64,000 nucleotides of DNA from an uncultured Clostridia bacterium (GCA_947588825.1 CANPZU010000004.1:21649-85648); one strand, 5' to 3'. Shown: positions 34,007 through 43,009, numbered from the stretch's first letter. The notes: a model not told the origin generated them from the sequence alone. Program-made: numbers and translations.

Positions 34007-35076
34007 TGGGAAGACAGAGTTCAAGGCTTTATTTTCAAGGCAAAGACCATAAGGATATTTACTTCCAAGGTCACTACCACGATGCCATGTATATCGGGAA
34101 TCAGCTTGTGTGGGAGAAACTGGGCGGCAAGCTCGAACCGATGCTGTATGAAGATATTTCCGTAGGCGTGCCAGAGGAATACAGAAAAAACCATGTATTA
34201 AATATGGTATCTACCGTTTTCGGTAGTGTGGTTTTTGCGGCAAATGTAAGCGATATTTACGCAAGAAACGGGAGCGGATACCTCTTTAGGTATAATTCAA
34301 ACGGGGAATATGCGCACATTTCCGGCATGAACACGGCAATCCGAGGTTCTAACGACGACGTTCTTTTCCCGGACAATGGGCTTTACCAGAAAGGGACGGT
34401 TATCTCGAATGTTCTAAGACCATACGATGAACGGTTGAAATACTGCTTCGATAAGCTCCTCGGAACTGTTCTGGATTCTGCCGGAGTAAGTCCTGATACT
34501 GGAATCTCGTATTTTTACTACACAGTTCGCGGAATTGACATGCAGACCGGAGAACTTATAAGAAATATCCCGTTTACCATAGACGGTGTTCCGCTCCCGA
34601 CATTCAGGGATTCCGGGGAATGTGAAATTATGATTGGCGAGTCGCAGTATTTCGGCGGAAGACTGTATGCAAACATTACGGAATCGACGGTTGCCGCAGG
34701 ATGGCATTCGACCACGGACGGGATAAACTGGGTCTCAAAAGACCCAAAACTGACCGTGAGCGGAAGGGAAACAGTGATCGGTGATTATCTTTTTTATGAG
34801 AGCGGAAAGGCAATCAACCGCAACTTTGACGAGATAACATACTCGAGAATGCCTGCGATCTATGTGAACGATTGGTACTATGCGGAAGAATTGGACAACG
34901 GGTATCTGATGCGCTCCAAGAATCTGCAAAACTGGGAACGTTACAAGGATATCGGAGTCAGCAATAACTACACCGTTTCCGGGTACTGGCGCACCAAGAA
35001 CCTGCTCTGCCTGCGAAAAGCGGAAGATGACGCAGACGGCGAGGCAGGCATTTATAAATATAAAATCCATCTGTAA
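34006..35076 (+). CDS. Tail/baseplate-associated hypothetical protein
   Basis: 356 aa, coupled by a TGATG overlap with the giant tail gene. Confidence 0.6.
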   Translation: MGRQSSRLYFQGKDHKDIYFQGHYHDAMYIGNQLVWEKLGGKLEPMLYEDISVGVPEEYRKNHVLNMVSTVFGSVVFAANVSDIYARNGSGYLFRYNSNGEYAHISGMNTAIRGSNDDVLFPDNGLYQKGTVISNVLRPYDERLKYCFDKLLGTVLDSAGVSPDTGISYFYYTVRGIDMQTGELIRNIPFTIDGVPLPTFRDSGECEIMIGESQYFGGRLYANITESTVAAGWHSTTDGINWVSKDPKLTVSGRETVIGDYLFYESGKAINRNFDEITYSRMPAIYVNDWYYAEELDNGYLMRSKNLQNWERYKDIGVSNNYTVSGYWRTKNLLCLRKAEDDADGEAGIYKYKIHL

Positions 35077-35094
35077 AATGAAAGGAGCCAAAAC

Positions 35095-36012
35095 ATGAGC
35101 GTAAAAACAGTAACAGCCGAAATCAACGGTCAATCGTACACGCTGACGTACAGTGACGTGTCAGGAAAGTACGAAGCAACTATCAACGCGCCTGCAAAGT
35201 CGAGTTTCCCATTGGAGGGGCATTACTACCCCGTCACGGTGAAAGCAACGGACGATGCAGGCAACACGACGGAGAAAGGCGCGACCGACCCGGAGTTGGG
35301 CGAAAACCTGCGCTTGCAGGTGGTTGAGAAGAACGCGCCGACCATCGAGATTACTTCGCCGACCAACGAAGCGCTGTTGTCGAACAGCACGCCGGAAATC
35401 AGGTGGACGGTGAAGGACGATGATTCGGGCGTGAAGCGTGACAGCATCAAGCTGACGATCGACACGCTGACCGTAGTCACCGAGGAAGAGGGCATCACCA
35501 TCACGCCAACCGAAGGCGGCTTCGAGTGCAGTTACACGCCGACCGAAGCGCTTGACGACGGCGAGCACACCGTTTCCGTGGATGCATCCGACAACGACGG
35601 CAACGCGGCGACGCAGGAATCCGTCACGTTCAAGATTGACACCGTACCGCCGGTTCTTTCTGTCGACAGCCCGGCAGACAACCTTGTGACGAACGAGCAG
35701 ACGCTGAGCGTCTCCGGCAACACAAACGACGAGGGGAGCAGCCCCGTGACCGTAGAGGTGACGGTGAACGGCGGCGACCCGGTGACCGCGCAGGTGCAGG
35801 AGGACGGAAGTTTCACCGTGGACGTGGAACTCTCCGAGGGCGGCAACGAGATTGTGGTCAAGGCGACCGACAAGGCAGGCAAGAGCACCGAGGTGACAAG
35901 GCGCGTCGAACTCGATACTGCACCTCCTGTTATCGTGAGCGTGACGATCGTCCCGAACCCGGTGGACGCAGGGCAGACCTACGTTATCTCCGCAGAGGTT
36001 ACGGACGAGTGA
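35095..36012 (+). CDS. Ig-like fold domain protein (tail decoration or fibre)
   Basis: It has repeated beta-rich modules containing ATDDAGN, ASDNDGN and ATDKAGK. Confidence 0.6.
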   Translation: MSVKTVTAEINGQSYTLTYSDVSGKYEATINAPAKSSFPLEGHYYPVTVKATDDAGNTTEKGATDPELGENLRLQVVEKNAPTIEITSPTNEALLSNSTPEIRWTVKDDDSGVKRDSIKLTIDTLTVVTEEEGITITPTEGGFECSYTPTEALDDGEHTVSVDASDNDGNAATQESVTFKIDTVPPVLSVDSPADNLVTNEQTLSVSGNTNDEGSSPVTVEVTVNGGDPVTAQVQEDGSFTVDVELSEGGNEIVVKATDKAGKSTEVTRRVELDTAPPVIVSVTIVPNPVDAGQTYVISAEVTDE

Positions 36013-36026
36013 TGGGGTGATGGCGC

Positions 36027-36341
36027 ATGGTTGTCAAATTAGAAGGGACGCTGAACGGCAGTCCAATCGTGTTTGAACGGAAAGAGGGGGACAGGTGGGA
36101 AACCACCGTCCCCAAAATCCCGAGCGGGACATACGCCGTGTGGCTTGTGGCAACTGACGATGCCGGGAACAAGGGCTACGCGACAAAGTACCTGCTGACA
36201 ATCAATCTCAACCAGATGTGCGTACATCTTGAGCCGTTCCCGTGGAAAACGGAACTGCTGTGCGCGGACTACTGCGCGAAGCTGAAGGTCAGCAACTATT
36301 ACGCCGAACTCATGTCGGCAGGATGCGGAGGGTGCGGATAA
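36027..36341 (+). CDS. Ig-like domain protein
   Basis: VWLVATDDAGNKGYATKYLLTINL has the same ATDxAGN motif. The C terminus is Cys-rich (GCGGCG). Confidence 0.55.
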   Translation: MVVKLEGTLNGSPIVFERKEGDRWETTVPKIPSGTYAVWLVATDDAGNKGYATKYLLTINLNQMCVHLEPFPWKTELLCADYCAKLKVSNYYAELMSAGCGGCG

Positions 36342-36610
36342 TGACAGTGATTATGGATTATGGGGAGAGCAGGCATATCAAGCTGATGATTCACAACTGC
36401 AGGGGAGATGAGTTTGAAATTGTCCGCGCCGAGTTTGAGTTTACACCAAAGGGCGCGGATATCCCGGAAGCGTCAGGGCTTGCGAGCATTGTGGAGCACA
36501 TCATCGACATTGCCGTGACCCCGCGGCAAAAGGGAACATACACGCTGAAAGTCACCTACCACATTGCCGACGAGACGCTGATTGATACCGTGGAAGTGCA
36601 GGTGATATGA
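36341..36610 (+). CDS. Hypothetical tail-associated protein
   Basis: 89 aa. ATG 36341 overlaps the upstream TAA. Confidence 0.5.
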   Translation: MTVIMDYGESRHIKLMIHNCRGDEFEIVRAEFEFTPKGADIPEASGLASIVEHIIDIAVTPRQKGTYTLKVTYHIADETLIDTVEVQVI

Positions 36611-36611
36611 C

Positions 36612-36788
36612 GTGGCAAACATCGTGATAACAGACGCAAAGCTGACCCCGAACCCGGTCGTGGCGAAGGGGTCTTTTATTTTGTCCGTTGGCATCCGGGA
36701 TATAGTTTACGGACTGCTGACACGGAGTAACGAACTGCTGACGACTGCCGACGGGCAAGCGATTGAGAAAATACCGAGAGGGGAGTGA
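36612..36788 (+). CDS. Small ORF (58 aa), tail-fibre-like N-terminal segment
   Basis: A GTG start follows the RBS AGGTGA. I translated it by hand as MANIVITDAKLTPNPVVAKGSFILSVGIRD.... It is below the ORF-track cut-off. Confidence 0.4.
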   Translation: MANIVITDAKLTPNPVVAKGSFILSVGIRDIVYGLLTRSNELLTTADGQAIEKIPRGE

Positions 36789-36794
36789 CGGGGC

Positions 36795-36980
36795 ATGGCT
36801 GACGTGATAAACGGGACACCGATCAACAAACTGCCTGCGGCGACGACTGTTGCGGACAGCGATATTCTTGTGATTGAGAACGCGACGAAAACGCAGAAAA
36901 TCGCCGTGTCCACGCTCAGGGAACAGCTCGGGCTTTTGACAGATGAAGAATATGCAGATTTGCTGAAACGTTTGCAATAA
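36795..36980 (+). CDS. Small tail-fibre-associated protein
   Basis: INKLPAATTVADSDILVIEN resembles the N-terminal motif of many phage fibre and tailspike proteins. Confidence 0.45.
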   Translation: MADVINGTPINKLPAATTVADSDILVIENATKTQKIAVSTLREQLGLLTDEEYADLLKRLQ

Positions 36981-36995
36981 TATGGGGAGGAAATT

Positions 36996-38186
36996 ATGGC
37001 AGGCAGGAAAAGGATTGGTGTGTACACCATTTGCAAGAATGAGTCAAAATTCGTGAAGCGATGGATTGAATCCATGTGGAGCAACGGCAACGGCGCGGAT
37101 GCGGCATATGTGCTCGACACAGGCTCGACGGATGGGACGGTGCGGATGTTCAAGGAAACCGTCCGGGAACTTGGCATCCCGCACGGGTGGCTTAAGGTTC
37201 GCCGGAAACTGTACCGTCATTTCCGCTTCGACGTGGCGCGGAACGACAACCTTGACATGATACCGCCGGATTCGTTTGATGCACTTGTCTCGGTCGATTT
37301 GGACGAAATCTTAATCCCGGAATTCTGGGGAGATTTACGTAAGCTAGTGTCGGAGCACCCGGACTTTTTGGAAATAAACTACATGTACGCATGGAACCAC
37401 GACGAGAACGGGAACAATGGGCGCGTATTTTGGTACAACAAGGTGCATCAGCAGAATGGTTTCCGATGGAAGGGCGCTGTCCATGAATGGCATGAGAACG
37501 TCGAGCCGGAGAAATATCAGTACAGCGGGCAGTACTACATGGACGAGAACACTGTCTATCTGCACCACTACCCGGACAACACAAAATCACGTGGACAATA
37601 TCTCGGACTTCTCGAAGAGCGGATAAAGGACATGCCGGACGACATGAACACCTATGTTTACCTTATGAACGAGTACCTTGCGCACGGCATGATGGAAAAA
37701 GCATTTGCAACTGCGAATGTTGCGTATCTTAGGGGAGATGATGGACTGAAATTCCTGTTTGCCGCAAGGATAGCGGATATTTACAACAAATATGGATTAG
37801 AGAGTGAAGCGGACAGGTTCTACCGCATCGCAATCGAAAAAGATAAGACGGTCAGGAATTCCTATATCAACTACGCACAGTTCCTTGTCTACCACGGGAA
37901 AGCAAAGGAAGCGCTCGGCATCCTGATTGACATGGAGCAGAACAACATACACCACCACAACTGGATGGAATTAGACTACGACTGGACGTGGCGACCTTTG
38001 CAGATAAAAGCGGACGCATATTGCTGGCTCGGAAAATACGATGAAGCAAAGAAGCTGTTCGAGGAAGCGGAAGAAAAATATTTACAGAGTGAAAAAGACA
38101 AGGCAGAAGCGCAGGCTTGTGCCTTTTTTGATGATTATGATTGGCTGAAAAACCGACTTAATGAGATTGAGGGGGCGGTCACTTGA
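36996..38186 (+). CDS. Family-2 glycosyltransferase with C-terminal TPR-like repeats
   Basis: The N-terminal IGVYTICKNESKFVKRWIESM...YVLDTGSTDGT is the GT2 signature. The C-terminal half is helical-repeat sequence. Confidence 0.75.
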   Translation: MAGRKRIGVYTICKNESKFVKRWIESMWSNGNGADAAYVLDTGSTDGTVRMFKETVRELGIPHGWLKVRRKLYRHFRFDVARNDNLDMIPPDSFDALVSVDLDEILIPEFWGDLRKLVSEHPDFLEINYMYAWNHDENGNNGRVFWYNKVHQQNGFRWKGAVHEWHENVEPEKYQYSGQYYMDENTVYLHHYPDNTKSRGQYLGLLEERIKDMPDDMNTYVYLMNEYLAHGMMEKAFATANVAYLRGDDGLKFLFAARIADIYNKYGLESEADRFYRIAIEKDKTVRNSYINYAQFLVYHGKAKEALGILIDMEQNNIHHHNWMELDYDWTWRPLQIKADAYCWLGKYDEAKKLFEEAEEKYLQSEKDKAEAQACAFFDDYDWLKNRLNEIEGAVT

Positions 38187-39247
38187 GCAGGTATTACACA
38201 CTGTTTTCAAAGATTATTGACAAGATAAATAATATCTCCCTTACGCCGGGGCCGAAAGGCGACAAAGGTGAACCGGGCAAAGATGGAAGTCCGGGAGCGA
38301 CAGGACCGACGGGGGCTATCGGGCCTACTGGCCCACAGGGATTACAGGGATTGCAAGGGCTTCCCGGAACGCCGGGAGCCGCAGGAGCTGTCGGCGCGAT
38401 TGGCCCTACCGGCCCCACGGGACAGACAGGGGCGCAAGGCCCTCAAGGCAATCAGGGGATTCAAGGGGCTTTAGGCCCTACGGGACCAACCGGAAAAACA
38501 GGCGGCGTTGGGGCTCAAGGTGCAACTGGCGCTACCGGACCAACTGGCCCGAAAGGAGACAAAGGAGACAAGGGAAATCAGGGTGACAGAGGGCTTCAAG
38601 GACTTGCAGGGCCGACTGGACCCACCGGCGCTAAAGGCGCAGATGGAAAGAATGGAACGAATGGTAGTAACGGAGCGACGGGACCAGTAGGCCCAACGGG
38701 ACCACAAGGCAAGCAAGGTAATGTTGGCCCACAAGGTCCTGCAGGTGCCGCGGGTGCAACAGGATCAACCGGAGCGACTGGCCCAACTGGGCCAACTGGG
38801 CCAAAGGGAGATAAAGGGAATACCGGAGACAGGGGGCCAACTGGAGCTACAGGAAGTACAGGGCCACAGGGGCCAGCAGGCCCGGTCAACATCGCCAACA
38901 ACCTCACGACGGACAATGCGGCGTATGCTCTCGCCGCTCCGATGGGGAAGAAATTGCAGGGGGAGATTGATGAACTAAACGCGAGCATATATGTGAGCAC
39001 TAATCAGTTACAAATTACAGGAACCGTTCTTGATTGGGCTTGCAATGCATTACTTCCGGGAAGCGCAATGATAGTCGTAGACAGAATGCCGTCGGACGCG
39101 CCTACTCAAGCAGAATATGCTCTCATTGTTTTTGGCATGAACGTTCGCCGGATGGTTCTGGCTCTCGGATATAATAGCAACAAGATAATGTACTATAGAC
39201 GCATATTCAAAGGCGCTTGGACAACAGAGTGGATCAAGTTATTTTGA
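38183..39247 (+). CDS. Collagen-like tail fibre protein
   Basis: About 70 uninterrupted G-X-Y triplets are followed by a ~115-aa globular C terminus. The TTG start follows the RBS GAGGGGG. Confidence 0.85.
   Translation: MSRYYTLFSKIIDKINNISLTPGPKGDKGEPGKDGSPGATGPTGAIGPTGPQGLQGLQGLPGTPGAAGAVGAIGPTGPTGQTGAQGPQGNQGIQGALGPTGPTGKTGGVGAQGATGATGPTGPKGDKGDKGNQGDRGLQGLAGPTGPTGAKGADGKNGTNGSNGATGPVGPTGPQGKQGNVGPQGPAGAAGATGSTGATGPTGPTGPKGDKGNTGDRGPTGATGSTGPQGPAGPVNIANNLTTDNAAYALAAPMGKKLQGEIDELNASIYVSTNQLQITGTVLDWACNALLPGSAMIVVDRMPSDAPTQAEYALIVFGMNVRRMVLALGYNSNKIMYYRRIFKGAWTTEWIKLF
38973..38985. repeat. Left inverted repeat AACTAAACGCGAG inside the fibre gene
   Basis: It is the perfect reverse complement of 39531-39543. 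Here it is read in frame as (E)LNAS. Confidence 0.9.
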
Positions 39248-39253
39248 CGATTA

Positions 39254-39541
39254 GGATATTACTTTCTTAGTGAATTTATCTTGGTTGATACGATTGTAAT
39301 AATCCAAACCAGCAAAAGACACGACAAGAGCAAATGCAAATTTTCTATTGCTATTTATCCATGCAATAATTATTTGACTGTTAGCGTTGTTTGGGTCGGT
39401 TGACAACGGCAAATTATTATGCGCTGTTACAACAGTATCTGTAGGAATGGTATTAGCCCATGCATCAAGATCTGAAATGCTTATTTGCCCATTATATGTG
39501 CCGTAGGAACCAAAAAACAGCTTTTGTAGACTCGCGTTTAG
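39254..39541 (-). other. Silent, start-less alternative fibre C-terminal cassette (96 codons, inverted)
   Basis: I translated the minus strand by hand as LNASLQKLFFGSYGTYNGQISISDLDAWANTIPTD...LDYYNRINQDKFTKKVIS with stop at 39251-53. A TAA lies directly upstream and there is no ATG or RBS. It is similar to the current fibre C terminus. Confidence 0.75.
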
Positions 39542-39543
39542 TT
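39531..39543. repeat. Right inverted repeat CTCGCGTTTAGTT
   Basis: It is the reverse complement of 38973-38985. On the minus strand it encodes LNAS in frame with the silent cassette. Confidence 0.9.
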
Positions 39544-39575
39544 AACAAAAACCCAAAAAAAGAAAGGATGATTTT

Positions 39576-39929
39576 ATGGACAAAATTGTTTTAAAAGATG
39601 GAACAGAAATTGAAATCCACGAAGGAGCAAGCATTTCTTCCATCACCACCAACATTTACGGCTATGAATACCTCGACACACTGTCGAAGCAGCTCACAAC
39701 CGAAAACCTGTCCGAGGTGAAATTTACGATTGACGATAAAGTGACGGGAATCTACGAGAACATGGTCACGACGAATCCAAAGTTTCAGATTCGGGAGACG
39801 GATGAAGGGTGGCTTGAAGTGACGTTCGGTCTGCGTGAGCGGACTGCGGACGAACTGCATTATGAGGACTTATCGCGGCAGGTCACGGACGCGCAGGTGG
39901 CAATAGCTGAAATCTATGAAACGATGTAG
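39576..39929 (+). CDS. Hypothetical protein (tail-lysis junction)
   Basis: 117 aa, with RBS AAAGGA. Confidence 0.6.
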   Translation: MDKIVLKDGTEIEIHEGASISSITTNIYGYEYLDTLSKQLTTENLSEVKFTIDDKVTGIYENMVTTNPKFQIRETDEGWLEVTFGLRERTADELHYEDLSRQVTDAQVAIAEIYETM

Positions 39930-39940
39930 GGGGCGATGAT

Positions 39941-40066
39941 ATGGCGAAAGTATACGCAGATTTGATTATGAAAGGATTACGCACAATCGAAGACGTGAAA
40001 CAAACCATCCGTGAACAGGTGCGCCAGATTTTGATTGAGCGCGGATACCCGGAACTTGCAGAGTAG
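39941..40066 (+). CDS. Small XkdX/CD1375-like protein (41 aa)
   Basis: MAKVYADLIMKGLRTIEDVKQTIREQV resembles small proteins found before lysis genes in Firmicutes phages. It is below the ORF-track cut-off. Confidence 0.5.
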   Translation: MAKVYADLIMKGLRTIEDVKQTIREQVRQILIERGYPELAE

Positions 40067-40078
40067 GAGGCAGATTGC

Positions 40079-42328
40079 ATGAACATTATCAAAAACTATC
40101 TCACAAAAAACCGCTGTTATCAGCAGAACAAGAAGCGCACGCCTATCGGCATACAGTTGCACACCATCGGGACAGGACAGGGAACGGCGCAGAGCGTAGC
40201 GGATTACTGGAATCAGTCGGCGGTGAGCGCGTGCGTGACGTACATATGCGACGCTGACACCAACGGAAAAGACCTTCAGCTGTTGCCGGAGGACGTGTAC
40301 ACATGGGCTGATGGGGGATTTGGAAACCGCAGCCTTATCACCATAGAGATTTGCGAGTCTGACTACATCAAGTACACTTCCGGCGCAAACTACACCGTTT
40401 TGAATGCAGAAAAATTCAAAGCCGATATTCTGCGAGGCTACAACAATGCGGTCGAGCTGTGTGCGGACATCTGCAAGCGGTACGGGTGGAATCCAACGGA
40501 CAAGCTTGACTCCGGTCTGTATCTGATTTCTTCCCACGACGAGGGCAGACGCGCCGGATTGTCTACCGCGCACGTTGACCCGACGCACGTTTGGGACAGG
40601 TTCGGACTGACAATGGACAAGTTCCGCGCGGACGTGGTTGCGGCTATGAACGGCGAAATCGTTGCACAGCCGGAGACAGAAAAACTGTACCGTGTTCGCA
40701 AATCTTGGACTGACGTGCAGTCGCAGATTGGCGCGTACACCGTGCTTGAGAACGCGAAAAAGGCTTGCCTGCCGGGATATTCGGTCTATGATGAGGACGG
40801 CAAACAGGTTTACACGGTCGAGGTGCACGGCTTCCAAGCGTCCGACCTACGCGGGCTGTCCGAGGCTGACCGCATAAAGAAAGTTGCTCCGCTGTACCAA
40901 GAGAACATGAAGAAAACCGGGATGCTCGCGTCCGTAGGTTTGGCGCAGTTCTGCCTTGAGAGCGGCTACGGCACGACCGATTTAGCAGAGTTTGCCAACA
41001 ATCTGCACGGAATGAAATGTTCGCTGTCCGGCAATACGTGGAGCGGTTCTGTGTGGGATGGCGTGAGCAAGTACACCAAAAAGACAAAAGAGCAGACCGC
41101 AAGCGGACAGGAATACACCATCACGGCAGATTTTCGCAAGTATCCGTGCTGTGAGGATTCAATTGCCGACCGGGCGGCGTATTTTATCGGGGCAATGAAC
41201 GGCTCGAAGAAGCGTTACCCGGACATCAATAAGCAGACGGACTACAAAAAAGCGATACAGATTATCAAGAACGGCGGTTATGCGACAGATGTGAACTACG
41301 TGTCGAAGCTTGTCAACCTCGTCGAGCGGTGGAAACTGTACGAATACGACAAGGGAATCGAGGTTCCCGACACAGGCGGCGATGTTCTGCCGGAGACAGA
41401 CGAGCCGTGGTATCGTGTCCGCAAGTCGTGGGGCACGACCATGGACGGGCAGATAGGCGCTTACCACAACCTCGAAAAGGCAAAGGAGAAAGTGGACGAG
41501 AACCCGGAATACAAGGTGTTCGACGAGTCCGGCAATGTGGTCTACGAGATTGCCAAAGAGGAAGCTACGGCGAATAAAGTCATTGCACAATGCAAGAAAT
41601 TCCAGAAACAACTCAAGACAGATATTGCCGCCGGAAAGCCGTGGACATACCACAATCCAAGTAAATACCTTGAAGAGCAGTGGGGCAAGGCGCTCAAGAA
41701 AGGAAAGCGCGCCTGCAACTGTGCACTCTTGGCTCGGTGGGCACTCAAGGAAGCCGGATTGATTCCGCAGGATACCGGCATCTTCTACGGCAAATCCGAC
41801 GGAACAATCTCGTGGAACGCGGCAACCAAAAAGGCTGTCAAAAAGAACTGCGACGTTATCCACATCGGGAACAAGACCGTCAGTCAGCTCATCAAAGACG
41901 GGACGCTCAAGGCAGGCGATATTGTGACATACGCAAGCCTGCAACATACCAACATCTATGCGGGCGGTAACAAGTGGTATGATGCCGGGCACGCGTATGC
42001 GGAAGGTTCTGGCGAGGGTGCGGTATATAAGTCGTGGCACGGAAAGACGGTGTACGGGTCGTACAAGGTTGCATATATCATCCGCGAGAAAGGCAAGACA
42101 ACCGCCACAAAGAACGCCTATGTCGTGCAGGTGGGGAGCTATAGTTTTTCCGCAAACGCCGACAAACAGGTGAATGCGGTCAAGAAAGCCGGGTTTGACG
42201 CGATCGTGAAAATTGAGGACAGTCGGTACAAGGTGCAGTGCGGCGTGTTTGAAGAGAAGAAGAACGCCGACGCGCTCGTGGAAAAGCTCAAGAAAGCCGG
42301 ATTCGACGCGATCATCAAGACGGTGTAA
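40079..42328 (+). CDS. Multidomain endolysin: amidase_2 plus glucosaminidase-like plus NlpC/P60- or CHAP-like region plus C-terminal SPOR domain
   Basis: The N terminus (IGIQLHTIGT...ITIEICES) is PGRP/amidase_2-like. The middle (MLASVGLAQFCLESGYGT...GYATD..Y) is glucosaminidase-like. A later Cys...His region (CNCALLARWALKEAG...GDIVTY..LQHTNIY) follows. The C terminus (YVVQVGSYSF..NADKQV..VKKAGFDA) is SPOR-like. Confidence 0.8.
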   Translation: MNIIKNYLTKNRCYQQNKKRTPIGIQLHTIGTGQGTAQSVADYWNQSAVSACVTYICDADTNGKDLQLLPEDVYTWADGGFGNRSLITIEICESDYIKYTSGANYTVLNAEKFKADILRGYNNAVELCADICKRYGWNPTDKLDSGLYLISSHDEGRRAGLSTAHVDPTHVWDRFGLTMDKFRADVVAAMNGEIVAQPETEKLYRVRKSWTDVQSQIGAYTVLENAKKACLPGYSVYDEDGKQVYTVEVHGFQASDLRGLSEADRIKKVAPLYQENMKKTGMLASVGLAQFCLESGYGTTDLAEFANNLHGMKCSLSGNTWSGSVWDGVSKYTKKTKEQTASGQEYTITADFRKYPCCEDSIADRAAYFIGAMNGSKKRYPDINKQTDYKKAIQIIKNGGYATDVNYVSKLVNLVERWKLYEYDKGIEVPDTGGDVLPETDEPWYRVRKSWGTTMDGQIGAYHNLEKAKEKVDENPEYKVFDESGNVVYEIAKEEATANKVIAQCKKFQKQLKTDIAAGKPWTYHNPSKYLEEQWGKALKKGKRACNCALLARWALKEAGLIPQDTGIFYGKSDGTISWNAATKKAVKKNCDVIHIGNKTVSQLIKDGTLKAGDIVTYASLQHTNIYAGGNKWYDAGHAYAEGSGEGAVYKSWHGKTVYGSYKVAYIIREKGKTTATKNAYVVQVGSYSFSANADKQVNAVKKAGFDAIVKIEDSRYKVQCGVFEEKKNADALVEKLKKAGFDAIIKTV

Positions 42329-42334
42329 TTTTAT

Positions 42335-42362
42335 GGGGCGGTTTCATACCGCCCCTTTTTTG
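42335..42362 (+). terminator. Rho-independent terminator
   Basis: GGGGCGG-TTTCATA-CCGCCCC followed by TTTTTTT. Confidence 0.9.
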
Positions 42363-42542
42363 ATTTAAGGGCAAAAACAATTGAGGGATATATTCAATAA
42401 TATGCACCAACCATCTACGTTATCTACTCAATTCTGTCAAAAAAAGTCGAAAAGATTTAATTGCAAAATTGATTAATTATATTACAATAATGTTACAACA
42501 CGCCCACAAGGACGCGGAATCTACGTGAGGGGAGGGTAAAGC

Positions 42543-42659
42543 GTGGAGTACAAAAGAGAGGATAATTTGACGGAAAAAATAATGGAAATTCTGAGTATGC
42601 TCCCGAAAAAAGAGAAGATAAGAATTTATCATTATCTTCTCGCTTTGTATTTTCACTGA
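42543..42659 (+). CDS. Possible 38-aa ORF
   Basis: A GTG start follows the RBS GAGGGGAGGG. The ORF overlaps the repressor stop codon by 7 nt. Confidence 0.25.
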   Translation: MEYKREDNLTEKIMEILSMLPKKEKIRIYHYLLALYFH

Positions 42660-43009
42660 CATTCTAAAAGGTTTTTCAAAAGATTTCGTACAGCCTTCTT
42701 ATGCTTCCGCGTGAGTTGGCTGTACATTTTTATTATATTTGCTTCGTCCTCACCGTCTTTCGCTTCTCTGTATGCCCGATATTCTTCTTTGCTCCCCCAT
42801 TCTGTTAAATCATTTGGCTCAACGCCAAGCGCATCTGAAATTTTCTTTAGTAATTCTGTGTCTATTGTCTTTATGTTTCCATTTTCATATTTTTGAATCG
42901 TTGCTTCCGAAAGGGAAACCCTTTCCCCTAACTGTTTTAATGTTAAATCAGCTTCTTTTCTGTACTTTTTTATATTGTTTCCAACTCTCGTGCAAAACTG
43001 CTCTGACAT
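42653..43009 (-). CDS. CI-like XRE-family repressor
   Basis: GNNIKKYRKEADLTLKQLGERVSLSEATIQKYENG is a classic XRE HTH. The RBS AAAGGGGG precedes ATG 43009, so the longer ORF-track version is probably over-extended. Confidence 0.8.
   Translation of the reverse strand: MSEQFCTRVGNNIKKYRKEADLTLKQLGERVSLSEATIQKYENGNIKTIDTELLKKISDALGVEPNDLTEWGSKEEYRAYREAKDGEDEANIIKMYSQLTRKHKKAVRNLLKNLLECQ

Noticed and set aside
38183-39000. Multiple alternative-frame and antisense ORFs across the collagen repeat (38194..38418(-), 38596..39000(-), 38721..38978(+) and others).
   Set aside because: They are artefacts of the GGN-CCN triplet periodicity. Only the G-X-Y frame gives a continuous 354-aa protein with a start and RBS.
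38960-39560. Whether the fibre inverted repeats are hix/gix-like 26-bp sites.
   Set aside because: Only a loose resemblance (CTAAAC versus GTAAAC half-site) could be seen. The flanks are not palindromic, so I cannot classify the site from sequence alone. The inversion hypothesis rests on the in-frame 13-bp inverted repeat and the start-less cassette, not on hix similarity.
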